Position numbers and translations under genes: made by a program. From assembly GCA_965208575.1 (NCBI GenBank), contig CBDBOV010000003.1, positions 64,001-128,000 on the forward strand: 64,000 bases of DNA. The letters run 5' to 3'. This DNA is from Spirochaetia bacterium. Lineage in GTDB: Bacteria; Spirochaetota; Spirochaetia; SZUA-6; Bin103. The notes beneath the pieces are model-generated. The model was not told where the DNA came from. It was given only the letters and a program-made list of their open reading frames with translations, and searched no databases. Below, in pieces: positions 9,147 through 21,220 of the stretch (positions are counted from its first letter, which is position 1; each line of letters starts with the position of its first letter).

Positions 9147-10286
9147 TTACTGATCCATCACCGAGCCGTCGCTGTTCAGGCGCGTCTCTACCGCTCGCGG
9201 CCGGTAGGGATGGCGCTGGCGGGCGTCCGGTGCCAACTCGATGCCGATGCCCGGACGCTCCGGCAGTAGCAAGAACCCGGCGTCCACCGCGAGAGGCCGG
9301 TCGACGATGGTGCGCTTCGGCGGCAGCTCCTCCCCGGCCGGCAGCTCCTGCAGCGCGAAGTTGGGAATGGCGGCGGCAAGCTGGACGCACGCCGCGGTGC
9401 TCACCGGGCTCAGCGGGTTGTGCGGGACCACCTGGACGTGGAACGCCTCCGCCACCGCCGCGATCTTCCTGGCGTGGGAGATGCCGCCCACCATGCACAC
9501 GTCGGGCCGCACGTACTGGACGGCGCCGCGCTGCAGGAGCGCCTGGAATTCCCAGATGCTGTGCAGCCGCTCTCCGGTGGCGATGGGAATGTGAATCCGC
9601 TCCGCCACCAGGGCCATCTCGTCGAGGTTGTCGGGGAGAATCGGATCCTCGTAGAAGAAAGGGCGATAGGGCTCGATGCCGCGGCCGAGCACCACCGCCT
9701 CGGCCGGGGTCAGGCGGCGGTGTATCTCGATGCACAGGTCCACGTCATTGCCCACCGCCTCCCGGTAGCGGCGCACCGTATCGGCGGCATCCTCCATCTT
9801 GTCGGCGTGGGTCTTGAAGTAGGGCCGGTCGCGCGCCTCGTCCAGGAACGGCGTCAGGTGGCCGACCGCCGTGAAGCCGCGCGCCTTGGCGTCGATGCAG
9901 CCCCCGATCAGCTCTTCCTTGGTACTCCCCTTGACGTGGTAGTAGGCGCGCGCCCGGTCGCGGCACTTGCCGCCGAGGAGCTGGTGTACCGGCACGCCGA
10001 AGTGCTTGCCGGCAATGTCCCACAGGGCAATGTCGACGGCGCTGAGCGCGCCCATGATGGCCGCCCCGCGGAAATGGGTCCAGCGGTACAGGTACTGCCA
10101 GTGGTGCTCGATGCGCAGCGCATCCTGGCCGACCAGGTAGCGTGCAAAGGTGTCGACGGCCGCGGCCGACGCCTCCAGGAAGCCCCACGCCCCTGATTCG
10201 CCGAGGCCGGTGATGCCGGCGTCGGTATGCACCTGCACGTACAGATAGCGATCCACCAGCAGCGTCTCGACGGCGGTGATCTTCAT
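9147..10286 (-). CDS. Mandelate racemase/muconate lactonizing enzyme family (galactonate dehydratase-like)
   Basis: MKITAVET, TDAGITGLGE, SAVDIALWDIAGK, FYEDP, IATGERL, VRPD, PHNP. Confidence 0.9.
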   Translation of the reverse strand: MKITAVETLLVDRYLYVQVHTDAGITGLGESGAWGFLEASAAAVDTFARYLVGQDALRIEHHWQYLYRWTHFRGAAIMGALSAVDIALWDIAGKHFGVPVHQLLGGKCRDRARAYYHVKGSTKEELIGGCIDAKARGFTAVGHLTPFLDEARDRPYFKTHADKMEDAADTVRRYREAVGNDVDLCIEIHRRLTPAEAVVLGRGIEPYRPFFYEDPILPDNLDEMALVAERIHIPIATGERLHSIWEFQALLQRGAVQYVRPDVCMVGGISHARKIAAVAEAFHVQVVPHNPLSPVSTAACVQLAAAIPNFALQELPAGEELPPKRTIVDRPLAVDAGFLLLPERPGIGIELAPDARQRHPYRPRAVETRLNSDGSVMDQ

Positions 10287-11590
10287 TCGACTTCTCCTCG
10301 TGGCGGGCGCCGCCGGTTCTCCCTGGCCACTCCCGCCGGCGCGCCGGCCACGGCCGGCGGTCGTGCCGGCAGGTAACCGGTAAAGCGGCGTCCGAGCAGG
10401 CGCGCGGCCAGCATCAACACCGCAATGGCCGCGAATGCCAGGGTGTAGGCAAGAAAGACGTGCCGCGTACTTGCCTGGATCGAGATCCAGCTTGCCACCA
10501 GCGGTCCGAGCCCGAAGCCGAGCCCGCCCACCAGCGTCTGCAGTCCGAACAGCATCCCGCGCTGCGCGCGTGCGCTGTGTGCCGACAGGTAGGCCTGCGC
10601 GAACGGTTGCACCCCACCGAAGGCGAATCCGCTGATGGTAAAAAACAGGGCGAAGAACAGCACTCCGGGTGCGAAGAAGGTGGGCAGCGCCAGCGCCGCG
10701 CCGACCCCCGCGCAGACGGCAATCAGCCACAGCTTGTTGACGCGGTCTCCGAGGCGTGCCAGCGTGATGCCGGACAGGGCGGCCATCGCGGCCGACCCCG
10801 CGATGATCAGTCCAGTGACGGCGGCATCGCCCGAACCGCCGATGTTGCCGCGCAGCTCGGCGACGTACAGCGGCAGGAACGCCATCGGCTGGGCGCGGGC
10901 AAAGCGCAACAGGAACAGCACGAAGAACAGCACAAGAAAGGGCAGCGTGAGCAGGTCGCGTATCGAGGCTCGGGACGCGACCGACGCGTCTGTGGTTCGC
11001 CGGCGCCATGCCGAGCGCTCCTCGCCGGGCTCTTCGAGAAACAGCACTACCACGACCATCCCGGCCGCCACTACCCCGGCACCGACGAAGAACGACGCGC
11101 GAAAGCCGAACAGGTCGGCGGAGATGCCACCGAGCAGCGGCCCCAGGCTATGGCCGATGAAGGTGGCGGAGCCGAGGAATCCCAGCGCCCGCGTGAGGTG
11201 GGCGTTCGGTGTGCCCGCGGCGACCAGGGTGGCGGCGGCGGTAACCGATCCGGAGAAGAAACCCTGCAGTGCTCGGATCAGGAACACCATCTCCACCGAA
11301 CGCGCGAACGCCAGCGTGATTGCCAGGATGATGGTCGAGGCGAGGGCGCGCACGATCATGACCTTGCGCCCGAAGCGGTCGGAGATCATTCCCCAGAACG
11401 GCGCCGCGAGCGCCATCCCCACTCCGGGGACGGCCGCCGTCACGCCCACCCACATCTTCAGGGAGCGTGGATCGTTCACCCCTAGTTCGCTCATGAACAA
11501 CGGGACGAACGGCAAGATGAAGCCGAAGCCGGTGAGGGTCAGGATCTGCGCGAACCAGGCCAGGTAGAGGTTCTTGCGCCACTGCTCCAC
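10283..11590 (-). CDS. MFS transporter (DHA1/MdtG-like)
   Basis: WRKNLYLAWFAQ, motif A WGMISDRFGRK, multiple TM segments; GTG start 11590. Confidence 0.88.
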   Translation of the reverse strand: MEQWRKNLYLAWFAQILTLTGFGFILPFVPLFMSELGVNDPRSLKMWVGVTAAVPGVGMALAAPFWGMISDRFGRKVMIVRALASTIILAITLAFARSVEMVFLIRALQGFFSGSVTAAATLVAAGTPNAHLTRALGFLGSATFIGHSLGPLLGGISADLFGFRASFFVGAGVVAAGMVVVVLFLEEPGEERSAWRRRTTDASVASRASIRDLLTLPFLVLFFVLFLLRFARAQPMAFLPLYVAELRGNIGGSGDAAVTGLIIAGSAAMAALSGITLARLGDRVNKLWLIAVCAGVGAALALPTFFAPGVLFFALFFTISGFAFGGVQPFAQAYLSAHSARAQRGMLFGLQTLVGGLGFGLGPLVASWISIQASTRHVFLAYTLAFAAIAVLMLAARLLGRRFTGYLPARPPAVAGAPAGVARENRRRPPRGEVE

Positions 11591-11598
11591 GGGCGAGC

Positions 11599-12510
11599 TC
11601 AGCGGGCGGCGTGCGCCGCCAGAAATGGCATCACGGCGGCCAGGAACTCGCGTGGGCGATCGCTGTGGATGCCGTGCCCGGCCCCCGCCACGTGGCGCAC
11701 CTGTATGCGGCACGGGGTGCCGGCCATGGCGTTGCGCGCCTGTACCTGGCGCGCCACCAGCGGGCTGACGATGGCGCCCGCGGCCACGTCGGCGGTCACC
11801 AGCAGCGTGGGAGCGGCGAGGTCGGGCATGAAACGGCTCCAGTGCTCCCGGTCCACCAGCCACTCCAGCACCGCCGGCGAGAGACGGCGGCGGTCCGCCA
11901 TGAGTTCCTCGGTCAGCGCCGGCGGGAGGCCGCGCCAGGGTCCGGCGAGTTGCGCCCGCAGCTCGGCATCGGGCAACCGCTGCTCCGCCAGCAACTGGTC
12001 GTGCCACTCGCGGCGCATCGCCCGGCGCACGCTGAACGGCAAGGGCCACCAGGGCGGGTCCTCCAGCACAACGCACGCCACCCGGTCGGGATGGCGCGCG
12101 GCACAACAGGCGACGTTCTCGGCGCCCATCGACTGTCCGACCAGGGATGCGCGTGCGATACCGAGCGCGTCCAGAACCGCAACCAGGTCGGCCGCGTGGT
12201 GCCGGGCCGAGTATCGGAGCCGGTGGGCGGCCGCGCCGGCGAGGGCGCTGCGGCCGTGACCGCGGGCATCGACGGCGATCACCTCGTAACGGCGCGCCAA
12301 TGCCGGCACCACCGGATGCCACTGCAGGGCGCTGGAGGTGAGGCCGTGCGCCAGCACTACCGGCGCGCCGGCGCCGCAACGGTACACCGTCAGCGGGCCG
12401 CCGGCGCCGCGTACCACGACGCGCCGCCCGCGCAGCGGCGCCAACTCGGCGTCCATGGAGGCGCGGGTGCGACCGGGTGACGCAGCGGCGACCCTATCGG
12501 TTTCCGGCAT
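11599..12510 (-). CDS. Alpha/beta fold hydrolase
   Basis: LAHG, DARGHGRS, nucleophile GQSMG, GAGHGIH. Confidence 0.88.
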   Translation of the reverse strand: MPETDRVAAASPGRTRASMDAELAPLRGRRVVVRGAGGPLTVYRCGAGAPVVLAHGLTSSALQWHPVVPALARRYEVIAVDARGHGRSALAGAAAHRLRYSARHHAADLVAVLDALGIARASLVGQSMGAENVACCAARHPDRVACVVLEDPPWWPLPFSVRRAMRREWHDQLLAEQRLPDAELRAQLAGPWRGLPPALTEELMADRRRLSPAVLEWLVDREHWSRFMPDLAAPTLLVTADVAAGAIVSPLVARQVQARNAMAGTPCRIQVRHVAGAGHGIHSDRPREFLAAVMPFLAAHAAR

Positions 12511-12696
12511 GCGTCTCCCTCCCGCGGGCGCCGAGTGCAAGGGTGTCCCGCGCCGGCATCGATTCTCTCTTGCGGGCCTGACCGAGTGATCGCACCATCA
12601 ACCGCTTGCGCCGCCGGCGGGCGCTTGCGAGGGCAGCCGAAAGAATGAGAAACTGTCCATGTCCGTGCATCATACGCTGCAATTATATCTACGTCT

Positions 12697-14672
12697 GTGC
12701 TGAAGAAATCCGATCAACCCGCCGGCCCGTCGGAGCGGCCAGCGCCCGGGCGTTCCGCCCGTGAGCTTTCCGCGTTTCGCATCAATCTCCGCTTCCTCGC
12801 CTACCTGAAGCCGCGCTGGCGCCGCGTGCTGGCGATCTACGCGGTCATGCTCGCCGGCAGCGGCACCCTGCTGGCGATCCCGCAGCTCGTGCGCTGGATC
12901 GTCGACCACGGCATTGCGCGCCAGGAGCTGGGCGTGGTGTGGCGGGCGGTCGGCCTGCTGCTGCTGTTGGCGCTGGCGCGCGCGGTGCTGGCATTCCTGA
13001 TGGGCCGCTGGACGGAGATCGTCTCGCAGGGCGTGGCGGCCGACCTGCGCCAGGCGATGTTCGACCGGTTCACGGTGATGTCGGTGTCGCTGATAAGCCG
13101 CATGGAGTCGGGCCAGCTCCTGCAGCGCGCGGTACAGGACGTGGAGCGGATCCGTTTTCTCACCGGGCGCGCCGTGCTGCGGGTGGTCGACTCCACGGTG
13201 CTGTTCCTCGGCACGCTGGTGCTGCTGATAAGCATGGACCCGGTGCTCGGCGTGCTGTGCCTGGCGACCATGCCGCTGCTCGCCTACCGCGGCTACCACT
13301 ACGGGCGCCGCCAGCGGCCGCTGTCCACCCGGCTGCAGCAGCAGCTCGGCGAACTGACCGGGTTGCTGGAGCAGAATCTGCGCGGGGTGCGCCTGGTCAA
13401 GGCATTCGCCCAGGAGCGCAACGAGGTGGTGCGCTTCGACTCCGGCAATGACGCCTGGTTCGCACTGGCGGCGCGGCAGGCGCGGCTGGCGGCGGTGAAC
13501 TCGCCGCTGCTCGATCTGCTCGCCAACCTCGGCCTGGTAATCGTGATCGGCGCCGGCGGCCTGTTCACGATCAACGGCCACCTGACCATCGGCGAGCTGG
13601 TGGCGTTCACCACCTACCTGACGCAGTTGTTCGCGCCAATCCGCCGCGTCGGCCTGGTCATTCCCATGCTGGCGATGGCGGCCGCTTCCGGCGAGCGCAT
13701 CGCATCGGTCCTGGATGCGCCCGACGGCGTGCACGAGCGTCCCGGCGCGCGTCCGCTGCCGCCGATTCGCGGTACGGTATCCATGAAGGGAGTTTCCTAT
13801 CGCTACGAAGGCAACGGCGCCGCCGGCGCGGCGGCAGATGGCGCGGCAAGTCCCGGCGGCCCCGGCGACTCCGGCGACTCCGGCGGCTCCGGCAGGTGGG
13901 CCCTGCGTGACGTGAACCTGGACGTTCCGGCAGGCACCACGGTGGCGCTGCTCGGCGCGACCGGCGCCGGCAAGAGCACCCTGGCCGGGCTGGTGCTGCG
14001 CCTGTACGACCCGCAGGCGGGCAGCGTCCGGATCGACGGCGTCGACGTGCGCGAGGTGGCCATCGCATCGCTGCGCTCGCAGATCGGCGTGGTGATGCAG
14101 GATCCGGTGCTGTTCGCCGCCAGCATTCGCGACAACATCGCCTTCGGCGCGCCCGACGCCACCGATGACGACGTACAAGCTGCGGCGCGCGCGGCCTGCA
14201 TTCACGACCACGTGGTAAGCCTGAGCGAGGGGTACGACACCATGGTGGGCGAGCGCGGCGTTACCCTGTCCGGCGGCCAGCGCCAGCGCATCGCGATTGC
14301 GCGCGCCATCCTGGTCGATCCGCGCATCCTGATCCTGGACGACGCCACCTCCAGCGTCGACGCACACACCGAAGAGCTGATTCACGATGCGCTGCGCCGG
14401 CTGCTCGCTGGCCGCACGTCCTACATCATCGCGCAGCGCCTGAGCACCCTGGAACTCGCCGACGTGGTGGTGGTGCTCGACGACGGGCGCATCACCGCGC
14501 AGGGCGGCCACGAGGAGCTGCTCGCCGCCTCGCAGACCTACCGTGCCATCTGCGCCGAGCAACTGCAGCGCGAGGGGGCCGGGCCGCCGGCCCGTCCGCC
14601 GGACGGCTCGGCAGCCGCCCGGCGTGGCGCGGCAGACGGCGCCGACCGGGCGCCGGCAGCGGTGGAGTCGCC

Positions 14673-14676
<4 letters not shown>
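12697..14676 (+). CDS. ABC exporter, fused TMD-NBD subunit 1
   Basis: N-terminal TMD; GATGAGKS, LSGGQRQR, degenerate ILILDD and IAQR (non-canonical site). Confidence 0.92.
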
Positions 14677-16552
<1,876 letters not shown>

Positions 16553-16556
<4 letters not shown>

Positions 16557-17356
16557 CGGTAGCTACCTGGAACATCAACGGCATGCAGGCGCGGTTGGCA
16601 TTCCTGCAACACTGGCTGCGCGCGCGGCAGCCCGACCTGGTGATGCTGCAGGAGTTGAAGCAGACCGCGGACCGCTTTCCGCACGCCGAATTGAGCGAGG
16701 TCGGCTACCGGGCCGTGGTGCACGGCCAGAAGAGCTGGAACGGCGTGGCGATCCTGACCCATGCGGAGCGCGTCGGCGAGGCGCGCGCGGTTACCCGCGA
16801 TCTGCCGGGACTGGAGCAGCACGGCGCGCGCCTGGTCGGCGCGGAGGTGCCGGTGGCCGGGTTGGGGCTGCTGTCCTGCACCTCGGTGTACGTCCCCAAC
16901 GGACGCACCGTGACCCACCCCGAGTTCACCCACAAGCTGGCGTTCCTGGACGGGCTGGCAGAGTACGCGCGGGCGGCGCTGGCGGGACCGCGGACGGTGC
17001 TGATCGGCGGCGACTTCAACCTCTGCCCGGGACCGCTGGACACCTGGCGCGAGGACGCGGCGGAGGGCGCCATCTTCCACACGGCGGCGGAGCGCGAGCG
17101 GTTTGCGATGCTCCTGGGCCTGGGACTGGTCGACCTGTTCCGGCATCGAAACCCCGCCGACCGGCGCTACTCGTGGTGGGACTACCGGGCCGGCAGTTTC
17201 CACAGGAACCAGGGCTTGCGCATCGACTTTCTGCTTGCCGGGGAGGCGCTCGCCGAGCGCACCGGCGCGGTGCGCGTGGACCGCGACTACCGCAAGAAGC
17301 AGGCCGGAATGATCGCCAGCGACCATGCTCCGGTGCTCGCCGATCTCATCCCCTGA
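16553..17356 (+). CDS. xth: Exodeoxyribonuclease III
   Basis: ATWNING, LQELK, YVPNG, GGDFN, YSWWDYR, GLRIDF, SDHAPV. Confidence 0.93.
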
Positions 17357-17443
17357 CCGCGACTCCGGTACCTCCTCTCCAAGGGGCGCACGCACGGCAG
17401 CCCCCTTGCCATCGCCGCCCCGGCCGGGCCACGCTGCCGACTC

Positions 17444-18094
17444 ATGGCAGACCTCTCTCGTCCTCTCTCCCCGCAGCTTGGCGAGTACCTCGACGGCCTG
17501 GTTCCGGAGCGCCACCCGGAGTTGCAGGTCATGGAACAGTGGGGCCGGGAACACCGCTTCCCGATAGTCGGCCCCGCCTCCGGCAACATGTGCTACCTGG
17601 TCGCGCGCCTGATCGGCGCACGCCGCGTGTTCGAGCTCGGCTCCGGATACGGCTACTCCACCGCCTGGTTCTGCCGTGCGGTGCAGGACAACGGCGGCGG
17701 CGTGGTGCACCACGTGGTGTGGGACGAGGAACTGTCGTCCCGCGCCCGCGGCCACCTGACGGCGCTCGGATACGGCGACCTGGTGCGCTACCACGTCAGC
17801 GAGGCGGTGCAGGCGCTGCGCGGCGAGGCGGACGGCAGCTACGACCTGATCTTCAACGACATCGACAAGGACGGCTATCCGGCGGCGCTGCCGGTCATTG
17901 CCGCCAAGCTGCGTCCCGGCGGCGTGCTGATCATCGACAACATGCTGCTGCGCGGGCGCGTCTACGATCCGCAGGCCGCCGGCGACGACCTGGAAGGGGT
18001 GCGCGAGTTTACCCGCATGATCACCACCGACGACGCATGGGTAACCACCCTGGTGCCGATCCGCGACGGCCTGATCGTGGCGCAGCGGGCCTGA
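17444..18094 (+). CDS. O-methyltransferase (class I SAM)
   Basis: ELGSGYGYS, DLIFNDIDK, LRPGGVLIIDN, PIRDG. Confidence 0.9.
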   Translation: MADLSRPLSPQLGEYLDGLVPERHPELQVMEQWGREHRFPIVGPASGNMCYLVARLIGARRVFELGSGYGYSTAWFCRAVQDNGGGVVHHVVWDEELSSRARGHLTALGYGDLVRYHVSEAVQALRGEADGSYDLIFNDIDKDGYPAALPVIAAKLRPGGVLIIDNMLLRGRVYDPQAAGDDLEGVREFTRMITTDDAWVTTLVPIRDGLIVAQRA

Positions 18095-18182
18095 CGGCGG
18101 GCGGGCTCGGCGTTGCGCGGTTTCGCGGGTTTCGCGCACGCTAGCTTGAACCCCGCGCGGCAGGAGTTTAAGAATACCTGAG

Positions 18183-19019
18183 ATGCCTGTACTCGACGCC
18201 CATCCGGGCATGGCGCGTGAATTGCGCTTCTTCCCCATTCACAACCGGCACCCGCGCCATCTCACCCCGGCGCAACTCGCTCAGTTCAACGACAGGGGCT
18301 ACATCTTTCCGCTCGACCTGTTCGACGAGGCTGAAACGGCCGCGCAACGCGCCTACTTCGACCGCCTGCTGGCACTGGCCGCCGAGGCGGGACGCGACAA
18401 CTACGCGGTCAACGGCTGGCACACGCACTGCCGCGGCCTCTACGACCTGGTGTGCCATCCGCGCATGCTGGACTACGTCGAGGACCTGGTGGGGCCCGAC
18501 ATCATCTGCATCATGACCCACTACTTCTCCAAGAATCCCACCGACAGCAAGACGGTGTACTGGCACCAGGACGCGCAGTTCTGGGGGATCACGCCGAGCA
18601 AGGTGGTAACCGCCTGGATCGCGATCGACGACGTGGACCGGGCCAACGGCGCGATGCAGCTCTTCCCGGGCAGCCACCACCGCGGCGTGATTCCGTTCGA
18701 ATACGTCACCGACGAGGAGAACGGCGTGCTGAACGAGCACGTCCACGACCCGGAGCGGTTCGGCCGGCCGGTGGGGGTGGAAATGCACGCCGGCCAGCTC
18801 TCCCTGCACACCGACATGCTGCTGCACGGATCGCTGCCCAACAACTCCGGTCGCCGGCGCTGTGGTCTGACCGTGCGCTACATGCCGCCCGACGTGCGGT
18901 ATGGCGACGACGTGGCCCAGCCGCGCGCGATCATTGCCCGCGGCGGCGATCCGAGCGGTTACTGGCAGGCTGTGCCGCGTCCCGAAACGGACGAACTCCC
19001 ACCTCAGCCAGAGTCGTAA
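18183..19019 (+). CDS. Phytanoyl-CoA dioxygenase (PhyH) family protein
   Basis: WHQD, AWIAIDD, NGAMQLFPGSH, LLHGS..N.S.RRR. Confidence 0.9.
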   Translation: MPVLDAHPGMARELRFFPIHNRHPRHLTPAQLAQFNDRGYIFPLDLFDEAETAAQRAYFDRLLALAAEAGRDNYAVNGWHTHCRGLYDLVCHPRMLDYVEDLVGPDIICIMTHYFSKNPTDSKTVYWHQDAQFWGITPSKVVTAWIAIDDVDRANGAMQLFPGSHHRGVIPFEYVTDEENGVLNEHVHDPERFGRPVGVEMHAGQLSLHTDMLLHGSLPNNSGRRRCGLTVRYMPPDVRYGDDVAQPRAIIARGGDPSGYWQAVPRPETDELPPQPES

Positions 19020-19030
19020 CTTTTTTCTTC

Positions 19031-19954
19031 ATGAGGTTATATCTCGTTGACGGAACCTTCGAGCTGTTCCGCGCCTACTACGCCCACCGCCGCAACCACG
19101 CCGCGGACGGCATGTCCGCTTTGCCCACCGGGGCGGTGCGCGGACTGGTGGCATCCCTGCTCGCCCTGCTGCGCCGCGAACCGGTGGACCTGATCGCGGT
19201 GGCGTTCGACCACGTGATCGAGTCGTTTCGCAACGACCTGTACCCCGGTTACAAGTCGAGCGCCGGCGTGCCGGCGGACCTGCTGCAGCAGTTCGGAGAA
19301 GCCGAGGAGGCGGTGCGCACCCTCGGCATCGTGGCGTGGCCGATGATCGAGTTCGAGGCCGACGATGCCCTTGCCACCGCGGCCGTACGCTGGCGCGATC
19401 ATCCCGACATCGAGCAGATCGTCATCTGCTCTCCCGACAAGGACCTCGCCCAGGTGGTGCACGGCGAACGGGTCGTGACCCGCAACCGGATGCGCGACAC
19501 CACGCTCGACGAGACCGGCGTCCACGCCAAGTTCGGCGTGCCGCCGGCGTCGATCCCCGATTATCTCGCGCTCGTGGGAGACAGCGCCGACGGCATACCG
19601 GGAGTGCCGGCCTGGGGCAGCAAGTCGGCCGCCGCCGCGTTGTCATTCTACGGCACGGTGGATGAGATTCCGCGCGACGCGGCGCAGTGGGAGGTGGAGG
19701 TTCGCGGCAAGCAGCGGCTGGCCGAGAAACTGCGCACCGCCGACCAGGACGTGCGCCTGTACCGCCTGCTTACCACGCTGCGCCAGGATGTGCCGCTGGC
19801 CGAGGAACTGGAAGATCTCGCCTGGCGCGGCGTGGTGCGCAGCGCATACCTGGACCTGTGCGCCCGTCTCGGCTTTCCCGAAATGAGCACGCGCCCGCAC
19901 CGTTGGCGCTCCTCGGACGCTCCGAGTGAAGCGGGCGCCGGCGGCGGTGCGTGA
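19031..19954 (+). CDS. 5'-3' exonuclease / flap endonuclease
   Basis: LVDGT, FRNDLYPGYK, EADDALAT, SPDKD, ALVGDSADGIPGV. Confidence 0.92.
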   Translation: MRLYLVDGTFELFRAYYAHRRNHAADGMSALPTGAVRGLVASLLALLRREPVDLIAVAFDHVIESFRNDLYPGYKSSAGVPADLLQQFGEAEEAVRTLGIVAWPMIEFEADDALATAAVRWRDHPDIEQIVICSPDKDLAQVVHGERVVTRNRMRDTTLDETGVHAKFGVPPASIPDYLALVGDSADGIPGVPAWGSKSAAAALSFYGTVDEIPRDAAQWEVEVRGKQRLAEKLRTADQDVRLYRLLTTLRQDVPLAEELEDLAWRGVVRSAYLDLCARLGFPEMSTRPHRWRSSDAPSEAGAGGGA

Positions 19955-20090
19955 TAAACGGAACCCTTTGTATAAAAAGGGAACCCGTTGTGTTGTCAGG
20001 CGACTGCCGTCCGCATAGAATATGGAAGAGCATGTAAGGTCGGCATCCGCGCCAGCCGTACATAATTTTTACGTCTCCAAGGAGGAGATC

Positions 20091-21116
20091 ATGAGAATCA
20101 AGGTTTGGGCGAAGGGCGCGCTGATTGCCCTCGCCATCGCGATGGCCGGCGTGACCGCCCATGCCGGTACGCTGGAGGACGTGCAGTCTGCCGGCGTGCT
20201 GACGTGCGGCATCAACACCGGCCTGGCCGGGTTTGCATATACCGACGACATGGGCAACTGGACCGGCTTCGACGTGGCCTACTGCCGCGCCCTCGCCGCC
20301 GCCGTGCTCGGCGACCCGGAGAAGATCGAGTTCGTGAACCTCACCGGCAAGACCCGCTTCCCGGCGCTGCAGGCGGGGGAGATCGACGTGCTGTCGCGCA
20401 ACACGACCTGGACCCTGTCGCGCGACGTGGACCTGGGCCTGACCTTCGTCGGAGTCAACTACTACGATGGACAGGGCTTCATCGGGCGCACGGCGCTGGG
20501 CATCATGAGTGCAAAGGAGCTGGACGGCGCGTCGGTGTGCATCCAGACCGGAACCACCACCGAGCTCAACCTGGCGGACTTCTTCCGCACCAACAACATG
20601 ACCTACGAGCCGGTGCCGATCGAGACCAACGCGGAGGCGCGTGCCGCCTACGAGGCCGACCGCTGCGACGTGTACACCACCGACGCTTCCGGCCTGGCCG
20701 CCACCAAGGCGACCTTCGACGATCCGGACGCCCACATGGTGTACCCGGAGATCGTGTCCAAGGAGCCGCTGGGGCCGCTGGTACGCCACGGTGATGACCA
20801 GTGGGCCGACATTGCACGCTGGGTGCTGAACGCGCTGATAATCGCCGAGGAGCTTGGCGTGACGCAGGGCAACGTGGAGCGCATGTCGATGGGTACCGAC
20901 CAACCCGAGATCAACCGCATGCTCGGCTCCGAGGGCAGCTACGGCGAAATGCTGGGGCTGGACGCCAAGTGGGCCGTGCGCGCCATCATGGCGGAAGGCA
21001 ACTACGCGGAGATCTTCGACCGCTACATCGGCCCGGACACCAAGCTGGGTCTGCAGCGGGGGCTGAACGCGCTGTACAAGGACGGAGGCATCCTCTACGC
21101 ACCGCCGTTCCGGTAG
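20091..21116 (+). CDS. aapJ: General L-amino acid ABC transporter substrate-binding protein
   Basis: GFDVAYCRA, LSRNTTWTLSRD, YYDGQGF, SKEPLGP, YAPPFR; RBS AAGGAGGA. Confidence 0.9.
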   Translation: MRIKVWAKGALIALAIAMAGVTAHAGTLEDVQSAGVLTCGINTGLAGFAYTDDMGNWTGFDVAYCRALAAAVLGDPEKIEFVNLTGKTRFPALQAGEIDVLSRNTTWTLSRDVDLGLTFVGVNYYDGQGFIGRTALGIMSAKELDGASVCIQTGTTTELNLADFFRTNNMTYEPVPIETNAEARAAYEADRCDVYTTDASGLAATKATFDDPDAHMVYPEIVSKEPLGPLVRHGDDQWADIARWVLNALIIAEELGVTQGNVERMSMGTDQPEINRMLGSEGSYGEMLGLDAKWAVRAIMAEGNYAEIFDRYIGPDTKLGLQRGLNALYKDGGILYAPPFR

Positions 21117-21220
21117 ACCGACAGGCCGAATCTGTAGACCGACAGATCGGTCCACATCGACCGGCCGAGTCCATGGACCGGCAGGACGGATTCATGCCGC
21201 CCTGCCGGTCTTGACCGGTA

